From an uncultured Woeseiaceae bacterium (GTDB taxonomy: Bacteria; Pseudomonadota; Gammaproteobacteria; Steroidobacterales; Woeseiaceae): a DNA stretch of 64,000 nt. The DNA lies in contig CAZSDL010000001.1 in assembly GCA_964605635.1 (NCBI GenBank), positions 3,944 through 67,943 on the forward strand, given 5' to 3'. Under the pieces are notes generated by a model. The model was given only the letters and a program-made list of their open reading frames with translations, was not told where the DNA came from and searched no databases. The position numbers were made by a program, and so were the translations under genes. This document shows, piece after piece, positions 17,694 to 26,896 of this stretch. The first letter of the stretch is position 1; each line of letters begins with the position of its first letter.

Positions 17694-19883
17694 TCAAAAC
17701 TTGCCGTAATAGCCTTCTTTCAAAGCATCGAAGAGATTGGCCGCGGTATGCACTTCACCGTCGTACTCAATCTCCTGGTCGCCCCTGACTTCGACCTCTC
17801 TGCCATCTTCCAGCGTAAACGTGTAGGTGGTGTTCTTGAGATCCTGTTCTTTGACAAGAACACCCTGGAACGCCTCGGGATTGAAGCGAAACGTGGTGCA
17901 ACCCTTCAAACCCTGTTGCCACGCATACAGGTAAATGTCCTTGAAGTCTTCATAGGGATAATCGGTCGGTACGTTGGCAGTCTTGGAAATAGACGAATCG
18001 ATCCATTTCTGCGCCGCTGCCTGGATATCGACGTGGGCCGTAGGCGCAATATCCTCCGCCGTGACAAAGTAGCCAGGCAGCAGATCATCGTCCGAGTCGC
18101 CCGTCGTCTTGTTGCTGGTCGGCAGCGCATTGTGGTTGACCAGCTCGCGATAGGCCAACAATTCGAATGAAAAGACATCGATCTTTTCCTTCGATTTCTT
18201 GCCCTGACGAATCACATTTCGAAAATAGTGGTGCGCGAAACTGGGCTCGATGCCGTTGCTCGCATTGTTCGCCAACGACAATGAAATAGTGCCGGTCGGC
18301 GCGATCGAGCTATGGTGCGTAAACCGCGCCCCGACTTCCGCCAGCCGATCTACCAGCTCCGGCGCCTCCGCGGCGATGCGCTGCATGTAACGACTGTATC
18401 GGCAATGCAGAATGCGGCCCGGCACCTTGTCACCGACGCGGTAGCCGTCGTTTGTCATTTCGGGGCGTTTTGCCAGCATTTCCGGCGTCACTTCGAACAA
18501 CTCGGTCATGATCGGCGCCGGCCCTTTCTCCTCTGCAAGCTCCAGTGCCGCTTCCCAGCCGGCCAGAGCCAATTGTCTGGACACCTCTTCGGTGAACTGC
18601 ACGGCTGTCGCTTCACCGTACTTCATGCGCAGCATGGTGATTGTGGAACCCAGCCCCAGGAAGCCCATACCGTGACGCCGCTTACGATTGATCTCGCGCC
18701 GCTGCAGTGGCAGCGGCAGACCATTAATCTCGACAACGTTATCGAGCATGCGGGTGAAAACCTTGACGACGCGACGAAACTCTTCCCAGTCGAAGCGTGC
18801 TTTCTCGGTAAACGGATCGATGACAAAGCGGGTCAGGTTGACTGACCCCAGCAGGCACGAGCCGTACGGTGGCAGTGGTTGCTCGCCACAGGGATTAGTG
18901 GCGCGGATTTTCTCGGCAAACCAGTTGTTGTTCATCTCATTGACTTTGTCGATCAGCACAAAGCCAGGCTCGGCAAAATCATAGGTCGAGGCCATGATCA
19001 CGTCCCACACGCGCCGTGCGGGCAATCGTCGATAGATCTTGCAAGCAACAAGCCCCTTTTCGTTGCGCACGTAATTATCGGGTTCCGGCCATTCCCGCCA
19101 TACGAACTGAGAGTCATCGCTGACATCGTGGCGGTCCAGCTCGTGTTCTTTCGGGGTGATGGGAAAAGCGAGCTGCCAGTCTGCATCGCTGGTCACGGCC
19201 TGCATGAATTCATCGGTGATGAGCAATGAGAGATTGAACTGCCGCAGCCGGCCGTCTTCGCGCTTGGCGCGAATGAAATCCATGACGTCCGGGTGCCCGA
19301 TATCGAAGGTGCCCATCTGGGCGCCGCGCCGCCCGCCGGCGGACGACACCGTGAAACACATCTTGTCGTAGATATCCATGAAGGACAGCGGACCCGACGT
19401 GTACGCGCCTGCCCCGGTCACGTAAGCGCCTTTGGGTCGCAGCGTGGAAAACTCGTAACCAATACCGCAGCCGGCCTTGAGCGTCAGTCCCGCTTCATGA
19501 ACCTTGTTGAGAATGTTATCCATCGAATCGCCGACGGTCCCCGACACGGTGCAATTAATGGTTGAGGTGGCAGGCTTGTGTTCAAGCGCACCTGCGTTGG
19601 AAATAATCCGGCCGGCCGGTATCGCCCCGCTGCGCAGTGCCCAGAGGAACTGCTCGTAGCAACTTTCCCGCAACGACTCTTTCTCCACATTGGCAAGCGC
19701 TCGCGCCACACGTTTGTAGGTGTCGTCAATCGTCGCATCGAGTGGCTCGCCATCCTTGGCCGTCAGTCGATATTTTGCTTTCCAGATATCCAGCGATGCC
19801 GGCTGGAGTTTGATGTCACTGATCGTGCTGGCGCGAAAATTCACCGCGGACTTCATGTGGTCCTGTACTCCCCTGAATTGCAC
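17694..19883 (-). CDS. nrdJa: class II (B12-dependent) ribonucleotide reductase, large N-terminal piece
   Basis: 729 aa. Contains the active-site loop TNPCGEQPLPPYGSCLLGSVNL. The start is either GTG 19883 or ATG 19856. Confidence 0.9.
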   Translation of the reverse strand: MQFRGVQDHMKSAVNFRASTISDIKLQPASLDIWKAKYRLTAKDGEPLDATIDDTYKRVARALANVEKESLRESCYEQFLWALRSGAIPAGRIISNAGALEHKPATSTINCTVSGTVGDSMDNILNKVHEAGLTLKAGCGIGYEFSTLRPKGAYVTGAGAYTSGPLSFMDIYDKMCFTVSSAGGRRGAQMGTFDIGHPDVMDFIRAKREDGRLRQFNLSLLITDEFMQAVTSDADWQLAFPITPKEHELDRHDVSDDSQFVWREWPEPDNYVRNEKGLVACKIYRRLPARRVWDVIMASTYDFAEPGFVLIDKVNEMNNNWFAEKIRATNPCGEQPLPPYGSCLLGSVNLTRFVIDPFTEKARFDWEEFRRVVKVFTRMLDNVVEINGLPLPLQRREINRKRRHGMGFLGLGSTITMLRMKYGEATAVQFTEEVSRQLALAGWEAALELAEEKGPAPIMTELFEVTPEMLAKRPEMTNDGYRVGDKVPGRILHCRYSRYMQRIAAEAPELVDRLAEVGARFTHHSSIAPTGTISLSLANNASNGIEPSFAHHYFRNVIRQGKKSKEKIDVFSFELLAYRELVNHNALPTSNKTTGDSDDDLLPGYFVTAEDIAPTAHVDIQAAAQKWIDSSISKTANVPTDYPYEDFKDIYLYAWQQGLKGCTTFRFNPEAFQGVLVKEQDLKNTTYTFTLEDGREVEVRGDQEIEYDGEVHTAANLFDALKEGYYGKF

Positions 19884-19920
19884 TTCTTAACCGGCCTCGC
19901 GACCTGCCCTTGCGCACATC

Positions 19921-19956
19921 TTGGCGAACATATTGGCGAACATATTGGCGAATAAC
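19921..19956. repeat. 3 x 12-bp tandem repeat in the nrdJa leader
   Basis: TTGGCGAACATA at 19921-19932 and 19933-19944, then TTGGCGAATAAC at 19945-19956. The array lies 38-73 nt upstream of the nrdJa GTG. Confidence 0.85.
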
Positions 19957-20126
19957 TCGCGCGACATTGCTGGCACACGGCGCGCGCGGTTTTCCTCGCG
20001 AATTCCCAAGGTGGACCCCAAGTCCCTTACTCCCGTCGCTTTGCCCAGCGAAAAGCGCCCCGCTCACCGCTAATTGGATAATTCAGCGACGAGTGCCTAA
20101 ACGGCCCCAGATCATCGTTTTGGCAG

Positions 20127-20142
20127 GCACAAGATGTTGTGT
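20127..20142. promoter_or_regulatory. NrdR-box-like palindrome 1
   Basis: The reverse complement ACACAACATCTTGTGC fits the remembered NrdR consensus acaCwAnAtnTwGtgt. It lies about 245 nt upstream of nrdJa. Confidence 0.45.
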
Positions 20143-20305
20143 CTGATAGCTTGCAAGATTATGCCCGGAACGGCCGACTGTCAAGGTTTTATACGATTTT
20201 TTCGACTGTATTTTATTATAGCAAAATCAATTATTTATATATATAATCGCAGTAAGTCGTTTAAATTATTGCGGAAAAAAATGACAGTTTTGTGAAGGCC
20301 GCGTC

Positions 20306-20321
20306 GCACAACATCTAGTGG
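20306..20321. promoter_or_regulatory. NrdR-box-like palindrome 2
   Basis: GCACAACATCTAGTGG is 13/16 identical to box 1. The two box centres are 179 bp apart. Confidence 0.4.
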
Positions 20322-20399
20322 CCCTTGAAATGCTCGTCGAGAGCCCGCGGTACGGTGCTTTCAGGCTCTGCGTCACGCTGCGGAGTGCCAGAAGCAACG

Positions 20400-20427
20400 C
20401 TTGAAATGGCCGTGAACGACCCCATCA
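20400..20427 (+). promoter_or_regulatory. sigma-32 (RpoH)-type heat-shock promoter
   Basis: CTTGAAA-N13-CCCCATCA matches the CTTGAAA/CCCCATnT consensus. It lies 32 nt upstream of the sHSP ATG. AAGGAGA is the RBS. Confidence 0.6.
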
Positions 20428-20458
20428 AGGCCGCACCAGTACTTGCAAGGAGACAGAC

Positions 20459-20911
20459 ATGAATGTGACCCGATATGAGCCGTGGACGCTCCTGAACCTG
20501 TTGCACCGCGATCTGGACCAGATTGCCGGTCGGCGTCTTGGTATCGGACAGGAATCCGCTGACGGCAGCAACTCCGTTGCCGACTGGATTCCGCCGGTTG
20601 ACATCGTCGAGGAAAAAGATCGCTTCGTTTTGCGGGCCGACCTGCCAGGTGTGAATCCCGAGCAGATCGATATCAGCATGGAACACGGGGTTTTGAGCAT
20701 CGCCGGCGAGCGGCGTGAGGAACGCTCCGAACAGGTTGAAGGGATGCAGCGAGTGGAGCGGATTTCCGGCAAGTTTTACCGCCGGTTCAGTCTGCCGGAG
20801 ACAGCCGATGCGGAACACATTTCCGCAAAAAGCTCGAACGGCATTCTCGAAGTGACTATTCCGAAACAGGCCCAGGTGCAGGCACGACGAATTGCTGTGC
20901 AGGCAAGTTGA
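20459..20911 (+). CDS. small heat-shock protein (Hsp20/alpha-crystallin family)
   Basis: 150 aa with an alpha-crystallin domain: WIPPVDIVEEKDRFVLRADLPGV...GVLSIAGER...FYRRFSLPE...NGILEVTIPK. Confidence 0.9.
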   Translation: MNVTRYEPWTLLNLLHRDLDQIAGRRLGIGQESADGSNSVADWIPPVDIVEEKDRFVLRADLPGVNPEQIDISMEHGVLSIAGERREERSEQVEGMQRVERISGKFYRRFSLPETADAEHISAKSSNGILEVTIPKQAQVQARRIAVQAS

Positions 20912-21026
20912 CCGGCCCATTGGGAAGACATAGGCGACCATAAGGCGACGACAAGCAGTGGGGTGTCGCCCGGCAGCAACCGCTGCTGGTCGGGCGACAC
21001 CAGCAGCGCAAGTTGCAAAGAGTCCG

Positions 21027-21054
21027 GAACTTTGTACAGTTCCGGCTGGTCAGC
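21027..21054 (+). promoter_or_regulatory. possible sigma-E/AlgU-type promoter for the Deg protease gene
   Basis: GAACTT-N17-TCAGC, compared with GAACTT-N16/17-TCtgA. It lies about 90 nt upstream of ATG 21144. The -10 element matches only partly. Confidence 0.3.
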
Positions 21055-21143
21055 GGAGTGGGGCTGTGTTTTCTGCAGCCCCAGCGAACTAGCAGCCGGA
21101 CCATTAGCCTGTACGCCGGAAAATCGAGAGGACCTGTCAAAAA

Positions 21144-22490
21144 ATGAAAAAAATGTTCCCGACTTTGTCAATGGCCGCGATTATGTTGCTGGCAACCGTG
21201 GCGCATGGCCAGCTGCCGGACCAGGTCAATGGCCAGCCGCTGCCCAGCCTGGCGCCGCTGGTGAAAAAAGCCGCACCGGCCGTCGTGAACATTCGCGTCA
21301 GCCAGACAATCCGCTCGCAATCATCGCCGTATTCTGACGAAATGTTTCGCCGCTTTTTCGGGCTGCCGGATATGCCCGGCGGCTCGCGCGAGGTAGCTAG
21401 CGCAGGATCCGGCGTCATTGTCGATGCAGAAAACGGCTATATCCTGACCAATCACCACGTGGTGGAGAACGCCGAGAAGATCGAGGTTTATTTGTTCAAC
21501 GAAGATTCACTGGAAGCCGAGGTGATAGGGTCGGACGCGGCAACGGACATCGCCGTTTTGAAAGTCGACCCGGAGAATCTGGTCGAAATTCCGATTGGTG
21601 ACTCGACCTCGGTGGAGGTCGGCGACTTCGTCATCGCAATCGGCAACCCGTTCGGCCTCGGTCACACCGTGACCTCGGGCATTGTCAGCGCACTGGGACG
21701 CTACGGCATCAGTCGGGACGGCCTGGAAGATTTCATTCAAACAGACGCCTCGATCAATCCGGGTAATTCCGGCGGGGCGCTGGTCAATATGCGCGGTGAA
21801 CTGGTCGGCATCAACTCCGCCATTATCAGCCGCACAGGCGGCAATATCGGGATTGGATTCGCCGTGCCCTCGGAAATCGCAAGTTCGATCATGGGCCAGA
21901 TTCTCGATTTTGGCGAAGTCCGGCGAGGCTTGCTCGGTGTCACCATTGCGACGATTGATGCGGAGAGTGCCAAGGCACTCGGTGCCGAGGTCAATCGCGG
22001 CGCGCTAATATCGAATATCGAGCCGGAATCGGCGGCCGAAAAAGCCGGCCTGCAGGTTGACGATATCATTACCAAGGTCGACAACCGGAGAATCAACAAC
22101 AGTCGTGAACTTGCCAACGCGATCGGCCTCAAGGGCTCCGGCGAGGACGTAACGATCGAGTACATTCGCGAGGGCCGAACCCGCACTCTCAAGGCGACAC
22201 TGGACTCACGGGACCAGGTGCAAAGCGCAGGCGCGGAAATACATCCGGGGCTGGCGGGCGCCCGGTTTTCCGCCAGATCAGCCACGTCCGGTGACGGTAT
22301 CGAAGTCAGCGACGTGGAACCGGACAGCCCGGCGGCGCAACGCGGATTGCGGGCCGGTGACGTTATCATTGCCGTCAATCGCAGCCGGGTTCGCAATCTC
22401 CAGGAGCTGCAGGAGATCGCGTCGCGCAACCAGATTCTGTTCCTGATGGTGCGCCGCGCCGATCGGCAGCTGATGCTGCAAATCCGGTGA
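21144..22490 (+). CDS. periplasmic serine endoprotease, DegP/DegQ/MucD family (two PDZ domains)
   Basis: Signal peptide present. Catalytic-triad contexts TNHHVVENA and INPGNSGGALVN are followed by two PDZ-like segments. Confidence 0.9.
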   Translation: MKKMFPTLSMAAIMLLATVAHGQLPDQVNGQPLPSLAPLVKKAAPAVVNIRVSQTIRSQSSPYSDEMFRRFFGLPDMPGGSREVASAGSGVIVDAENGYILTNHHVVENAEKIEVYLFNEDSLEAEVIGSDAATDIAVLKVDPENLVEIPIGDSTSVEVGDFVIAIGNPFGLGHTVTSGIVSALGRYGISRDGLEDFIQTDASINPGNSGGALVNMRGELVGINSAIISRTGGNIGIGFAVPSEIASSIMGQILDFGEVRRGLLGVTIATIDAESAKALGAEVNRGALISNIEPESAAEKAGLQVDDIITKVDNRRINNSRELANAIGLKGSGEDVTIEYIREGRTRTLKATLDSRDQVQSAGAEIHPGLAGARFSARSATSGDGIEVSDVEPDSPAAQRGLRAGDVIIAVNRSRVRNLQELQEIASRNQILFLMVRRADRQLMLQIR

Positions 22491-24511
22491 CTGCGTGGTG
22501 CGTAGCCGCGCTGCGACTTCTCACTGCTTTACTGGCCAGCTTGACCTGCGGCACGGCTTTCGCCGACCCCACCCCATTGCTGGAGCAACAGCGCCAGGCC
22601 TTTCGCGAGGCCTACCCGGCTGCTGAGTTAGGCAACTGGGCGCCCGCCGCCGAGCGGGCGAGCATGCTCGAGCGATACATTCTGTGGCCCGACCTGCGCG
22701 CCGTGTACCTCCGAACCCGCGCGGGCACTGTCGAGCCAGCCGCGGTAGAGGCTTTTCTGGAGCGCTACGGAGCGCTCAAAGCCGGCCGCGAGCTGCGCTA
22801 TCGACACGTCGTGCAGCTCGCCGCCGCGCAGCAGATGTCGGCTTATCTCGATATTTACAAGGGTTTTTACCAGGGACTCGGCATCGCCAGGCTCGATTGC
22901 CTGGCAGCTCACGCTGAAATACTGAACGGCAATGGCGCGCGAATTGCATCCAGAGCGATGGATTTGTGGCTGACGGGCTATAGCCAGGCCAATGAATGCG
23001 ATCCGGTTTTCGACTACCTGCGTGGCGCCGGGCTGTTGCATGAGGGCGCGTATCGTGAACGTTTCGATCTGGCATTGTCAGCCCGGCAGTTCTCGCTGGC
23101 CCGCTACCTGGCGCGTTCGATTGATGATGAGGCCTTCGCGCAAGCCGATCAGTGGCTCTCGGCACAGAGCCGGCCGCTGGCGTTTCTGGACAGCGAGAAG
23201 CAGTACGCAGACGACCTTCCGCATCGCGAACGCGTTCTGCTTGCATTGGAGCGGGTCGCCTACACGGACGCCCGTCTCGCGGACGAGCACTGGCATGAAA
23301 TCCGCGGGCAACGCGCATTCTCGCAAGCACAGATTGCCGGCATGTCACGGCACATCGCGTTATGGCTCGCACGGCAGCACGAAGCGGATGCCGCGCGGCG
23401 CCTGGGCGAGCTGGACGAGGAGGCGCGGGACGCCGAAGTCAGGCGCTGGCTCTTGCGCGCCTTGTTGCGTCAGCATGCCTGGGACGACGTTGTTGCCGTC
23501 ATCAGGTCGATGCCGTCTGACGAGCAGGATAGCGAGGAGTCGCAATACTGGCTCGCAATAGCATTGTTGCAGAGGGGGGATGAAACAACCGCACGGACGA
23601 GCCTCGAAACTCTCGCGATCGGCCGCAGTTACTACGGCTTTTTGGCCGCTGACGAACTCGGCCAGGCATACGCGTTTGCGCACGCCTCACTGACCGAGGA
23701 CGAAGAAATCCTGAGCTTGCTGGAAAAGCGCGACGCCGTTATCCGTGCACGTGAACTCTTTCATGTCGGTCTTGAAAGTCGCGGTCGCTCTGAATGGGAC
23801 GATGCCGTCAGTTTGTTGGGCCCTGAAGAAAAAGCTCAAGCCGCGATCCTCGCACAGCGTTGGGGCTGGCATTCGCGAGCCATTGCCACCGCCGCGTCGA
23901 TCGGATTGTACGATGATCTCGTACTCCGTTATCCGCTCGCGTATCAGGAGGAATTCGCAGAACATTCGACGACTGCCGGCATTCCGCGCGCCTGGGCCTA
24001 CGGGGTAGCCCGTAGCGAGAGCCTGTTTATCCCGGACATTCGCTCGAGCGCGGGCGCCATCGGCATAATGCAGCTCATGCCGGCTACGGGACGCCGCACT
24101 GCCAGTGACTTGAATCTCCCGTGGCAAGGTCTTGCCACGCTGACCGACCCCGCGAGCAACATACGACTCGGTACATCCTACCTGGGCCAAATGCTGCAAC
24201 AGTTCGCTGACAATCGAGTGGCGGCGACGGCAGCGTACAACGCCGGTCCGGCCCGGGTTGAGAAGTGGTTGTCTGACTCCGCCGAGCTCGATGTGCGGAT
24301 CTGGATCGAAAACATTCCCTTCAACGAGACACGCGATTACGTTCGTCGCGTCGTTGTCGCCGATGCCATATTCAACTGGCGACTGACCGGCCGTACGCAA
24401 CGTTTGACCCACTTCCTCGGCTCGATCGATCCGGCCGTCCAGCAACTGGCAATAGCGGGTAAGGATCGTGCGGGCAACGACTGTGATATGCCGGATGAGG
24501 GCTATTGCTGA
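22487..24511 (+). CDS. slt: soluble lytic murein transglycosylase
   Basis: Signal peptide present. A long alpha-superhelical N-terminal region precedes a C-terminal SLT domain (ARSESLFIP, AIGIMQLMPATG, AAYNAGPARV). The GTG start overlaps the preceding stop. Confidence 0.9.
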   Translation: MTAWCVAALRLLTALLASLTCGTAFADPTPLLEQQRQAFREAYPAAELGNWAPAAERASMLERYILWPDLRAVYLRTRAGTVEPAAVEAFLERYGALKAGRELRYRHVVQLAAAQQMSAYLDIYKGFYQGLGIARLDCLAAHAEILNGNGARIASRAMDLWLTGYSQANECDPVFDYLRGAGLLHEGAYRERFDLALSARQFSLARYLARSIDDEAFAQADQWLSAQSRPLAFLDSEKQYADDLPHRERVLLALERVAYTDARLADEHWHEIRGQRAFSQAQIAGMSRHIALWLARQHEADAARRLGELDEEARDAEVRRWLLRALLRQHAWDDVVAVIRSMPSDEQDSEESQYWLAIALLQRGDETTARTSLETLAIGRSYYGFLAADELGQAYAFAHASLTEDEEILSLLEKRDAVIRARELFHVGLESRGRSEWDDAVSLLGPEEKAQAAILAQRWGWHSRAIATAASIGLYDDLVLRYPLAYQEEFAEHSTTAGIPRAWAYGVARSESLFIPDIRSSAGAIGIMQLMPATGRRTASDLNLPWQGLATLTDPASNIRLGTSYLGQMLQQFADNRVAATAAYNAGPARVEKWLSDSAELDVRIWIENIPFNETRDYVRRVVVADAIFNWRLTGRTQRLTHFLGSIDPAVQQLAIAGKDRAGNDCDMPDEGYC

Positions 24512-24521
24512 GGTAGTCCTT

Positions 24522-25586
24522 CTATTGCTCGTTCAGCAGGGTCATTTGAGCGAGACGTTCTTCATGTGACAAGTCAGCCAGTTCGCGGGACCGGCTGTAA
24601 AAGCATTCGAGTTCCTGGCCGCATTCGTCATAGATGTTCCGGAAAGCTTCGGACCAGCCTTCGTAGAGTCCGAGCGAGACCAACCGGGCATTGTTGAGCG
24701 GCTCGGCCAGTGCAATGCGACCGGGCGCGGCGCTTTGCTCATTGAGTGCCTCGACGTCCCGGACCAGCGTGGCAAAAATCCGCTCCTTGTCGTTGCGCAT
24801 GACTTGTGGTTCGATATCCGAATCGTACAACGCGGCGAGATCGGACCTGGCTTGTTCGACTACTCTCACCAACGCACGCTGGCGCTCGCGGGAGTTACGG
24901 TAGTTGCGCAAAATCTCGTCCTCATTGCGCATTACGAGCCAGCGCCGGATGCCGATATCGGCGACTGCCGTCGCAAACGATTCGTTAAAGCGGCTGTCGC
25001 CCTTGACGTACAGCACCTGGTGCGCGAGTTCGTGAAAAATTACCGCCACGAGCTGCGTATCACTCCACCGCATCATTGTATTGAGTACCGGGTCGGCGAA
25101 ACGACCGAGAGTTGAATAGGCCGCCACACCGCCGACTGCCACATCGTAGCCGTCCTTTTGTAAAAACTCGGCCGATGTTTCCGCGGAGTCCTGCGAAAAG
25201 TAGCCTCGATAGGCAACGCAACCTGCCACCGGGAAGCACCACTGCTTCGCGTCCATGGAGAATTCCGGCGCTGCGAAGACATTCCACACCACGTAGTCGC
25301 GCTCGAGGTCTGCGTAACTGCTGTAACTGTCATTGTCCGGCAAGCGCAACTGCTCAGTTGCAAACTGGCGAGCCTCCTGCACCAGGCGCAGCTTGTCTTT
25401 CAGCTCGTTGCTGATCTCGGGATTCGCCAGGACTTCATCGATGGGCTGTCGACTTTTCATGACATCCCGGTGCCCGTTGATCGCCTGGACGTAGTAGCAA
25501 CCCTGCAGAAGCAGGAGCGCCGCGACTGCGGACAACGCCAGCACCAGGCGCCGCCTGTTCAAGTTGGTCTGGCTAAGTGAATACAT
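24522..25586 (-). CDS. predicted zinc aminopeptidase lipoprotein (DUF2265-like)
   Basis: Lipobox LLLLQGC follows MYSLSQTNLNRRRL, and the zinc motif FHELAHQ is present. The start is moved to ATG 25586. Confidence 0.75.
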   Translation of the reverse strand: MYSLSQTNLNRRRLVLALSAVAALLLLQGCYYVQAINGHRDVMKSRQPIDEVLANPEISNELKDKLRLVQEARQFATEQLRLPDNDSYSSYADLERDYVVWNVFAAPEFSMDAKQWCFPVAGCVAYRGYFSQDSAETSAEFLQKDGYDVAVGGVAAYSTLGRFADPVLNTMMRWSDTQLVAVIFHELAHQVLYVKGDSRFNESFATAVADIGIRRWLVMRNEDEILRNYRNSRERQRALVRVVEQARSDLAALYDSDIEPQVMRNDKERIFATLVRDVEALNEQSAAPGRIALAEPLNNARLVSLGLYEGWSEAFRNIYDECGQELECFYSRSRELADLSHEERLAQMTLLNEQ

Positions 25587-25660
25587 CGTAGGTTTCGACC
25601 TTCGCTGCCCGTGCCGGTTGGCGGCAGACGTCTGAACAAGCGATTCTGTAGAATCGCACC

Positions 25661-26896
25661 ATGGAAGTTTACCTTGTTGGTGGCGCCGTCCGTGACGAGC
25701 AGCTTGGCCTGGTCCCGGCAGAGCGTGATTGGTGCGTCGTTGGCGCAACGCCCGAGGAGTTGCGAACGCTCGGTTATCGCCAGGTCGGCAAGGATTTCCC
25801 GGTATTTTTGCACCCGGAAACCGGTGAGGAGTATGCGCTGGCGAGAACGGAGCGCAAGACCGGCCCCGGCTACACCGGCTTCTCGTTTAACACTTCGCCG
25901 GATGTCACAATCGAAGACGATCTGGCCCGCCGGGACCTGACCATCAATGCGATGGCCCGCAGCGCTGCCGGCGTCCTCATCGATCCGCACAACGGGCTGG
26001 CTGACCTCGAGGCCGGCAATCTGCGCCATGTGTCGGATGCCTTTGCCGAGGATCCGGTGCGTATTCTGCGAACTGCGAAATTTGCGGCCCGCTACGCCGC
26101 TCGGGGTTTTCGAATCGCCGATGAAACGCTGCAACTGATGAAACGCATGGTCAACGACGGGGAAGCGGATGCCCTCGTCCCGCATCGGGTCTGGAAGGAA
26201 ACCGAGCAGGCGCTCGGAGGTCCGGCACCCCGCCGGTATTTCGAGGTATTGCGATACTGTGGCGCCCTCGCCGCGGTTTTTCCGGAAATTGACGCCTTGT
26301 TCGGCGTCCCGCAACCCGAGAAATGGCATCCGGAAGTCGACTGCGGCATTCACGCACTCATGGTTCTCGATCAGGCGACGATGCTTAGCCCGGACGTTGA
26401 CGTGCGCTTCGCCGCGCTCGTACACGATCTCGGCAAAGCGACGACACCAGCGGCATCGTTGCCGAGCCATCCGGGACATGAACGGCGCAGCGTCAAATTG
26501 ATCAAGTCAATGGCGGAACGCTTCCCGGTGCCCTCGCCATGCCGCGAACTGGCGCTGCTGGTGGCAGAGTTTCACGGCCACTGCCACAAGGCCTTTGATT
26601 TAAAGGCAGTGACGATTCTAAAGGTACTGGAACGGACTGATGCATTCCGGCGCCCCGAGCGATTTCGCAAATTTCTCCTTGCCTGCGAAGCCGATTCGCG
26701 AGGCCGCACAGGCTTCGAGGAACGGCCATACCCGCAAGCTGCGTTCCTCCTGGGCGCGTTCGCGGCAGCCGCGGGCATCGCCGCCAAAGATGTGGTCACG
26801 CCCGATCTCAGCGGAGCGCGCATCGGCGATGCGATCCGCCGTAAACGCCTGCAGGCGATCGGCGCTTTCAGAGGCGGCGCCGACCGCACGTCATAA
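25661..26896 (+). CDS. cca: multifunctional CCA-adding tRNA nucleotidyltransferase
   Basis: MEVYLVGGAVRDEQLG, ERDWCVVGATPEEL and YALARTERKTGPGYTGF are present, with a C-terminal HD domain. Confidence 0.95.
   Translation: MEVYLVGGAVRDEQLGLVPAERDWCVVGATPEELRTLGYRQVGKDFPVFLHPETGEEYALARTERKTGPGYTGFSFNTSPDVTIEDDLARRDLTINAMARSAAGVLIDPHNGLADLEAGNLRHVSDAFAEDPVRILRTAKFAARYAARGFRIADETLQLMKRMVNDGEADALVPHRVWKETEQALGGPAPRRYFEVLRYCGALAAVFPEIDALFGVPQPEKWHPEVDCGIHALMVLDQATMLSPDVDVRFAALVHDLGKATTPAASLPSHPGHERRSVKLIKSMAERFPVPSPCRELALLVAEFHGHCHKAFDLKAVTILKVLERTDAFRRPERFRKFLLACEADSRGRTGFEERPYPQAAFLLGAFAAAAGIAAKDVVTPDLSGARIGDAIRRKRLQAIGAFRGGADRTS

Noticed and set aside
19884-20126. Cobalamin riboswitch in the nrdJ leader (nrdJ is B12-dependent)
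   Set aside because: I could not find a B12-box or the conserved core of the cobalamin aptamer on the minus strand. B12 riboswitches normally repress B12-independent isozymes rather than nrdJ.
20315-21171. Minus-strand ORFs of 208, 115, 131 and 94 aa overlapping the sHSP gene
   Set aside because: They are antisense to a clearly recognisable alpha-crystallin-domain gene that has its own sigma-32 promoter and RBS. No family resemblance was seen.
25559-26479. 306-aa minus-strand ORF overlapping cca
   Set aside because: It is antisense to the unmistakable CCA-adding enzyme gene.
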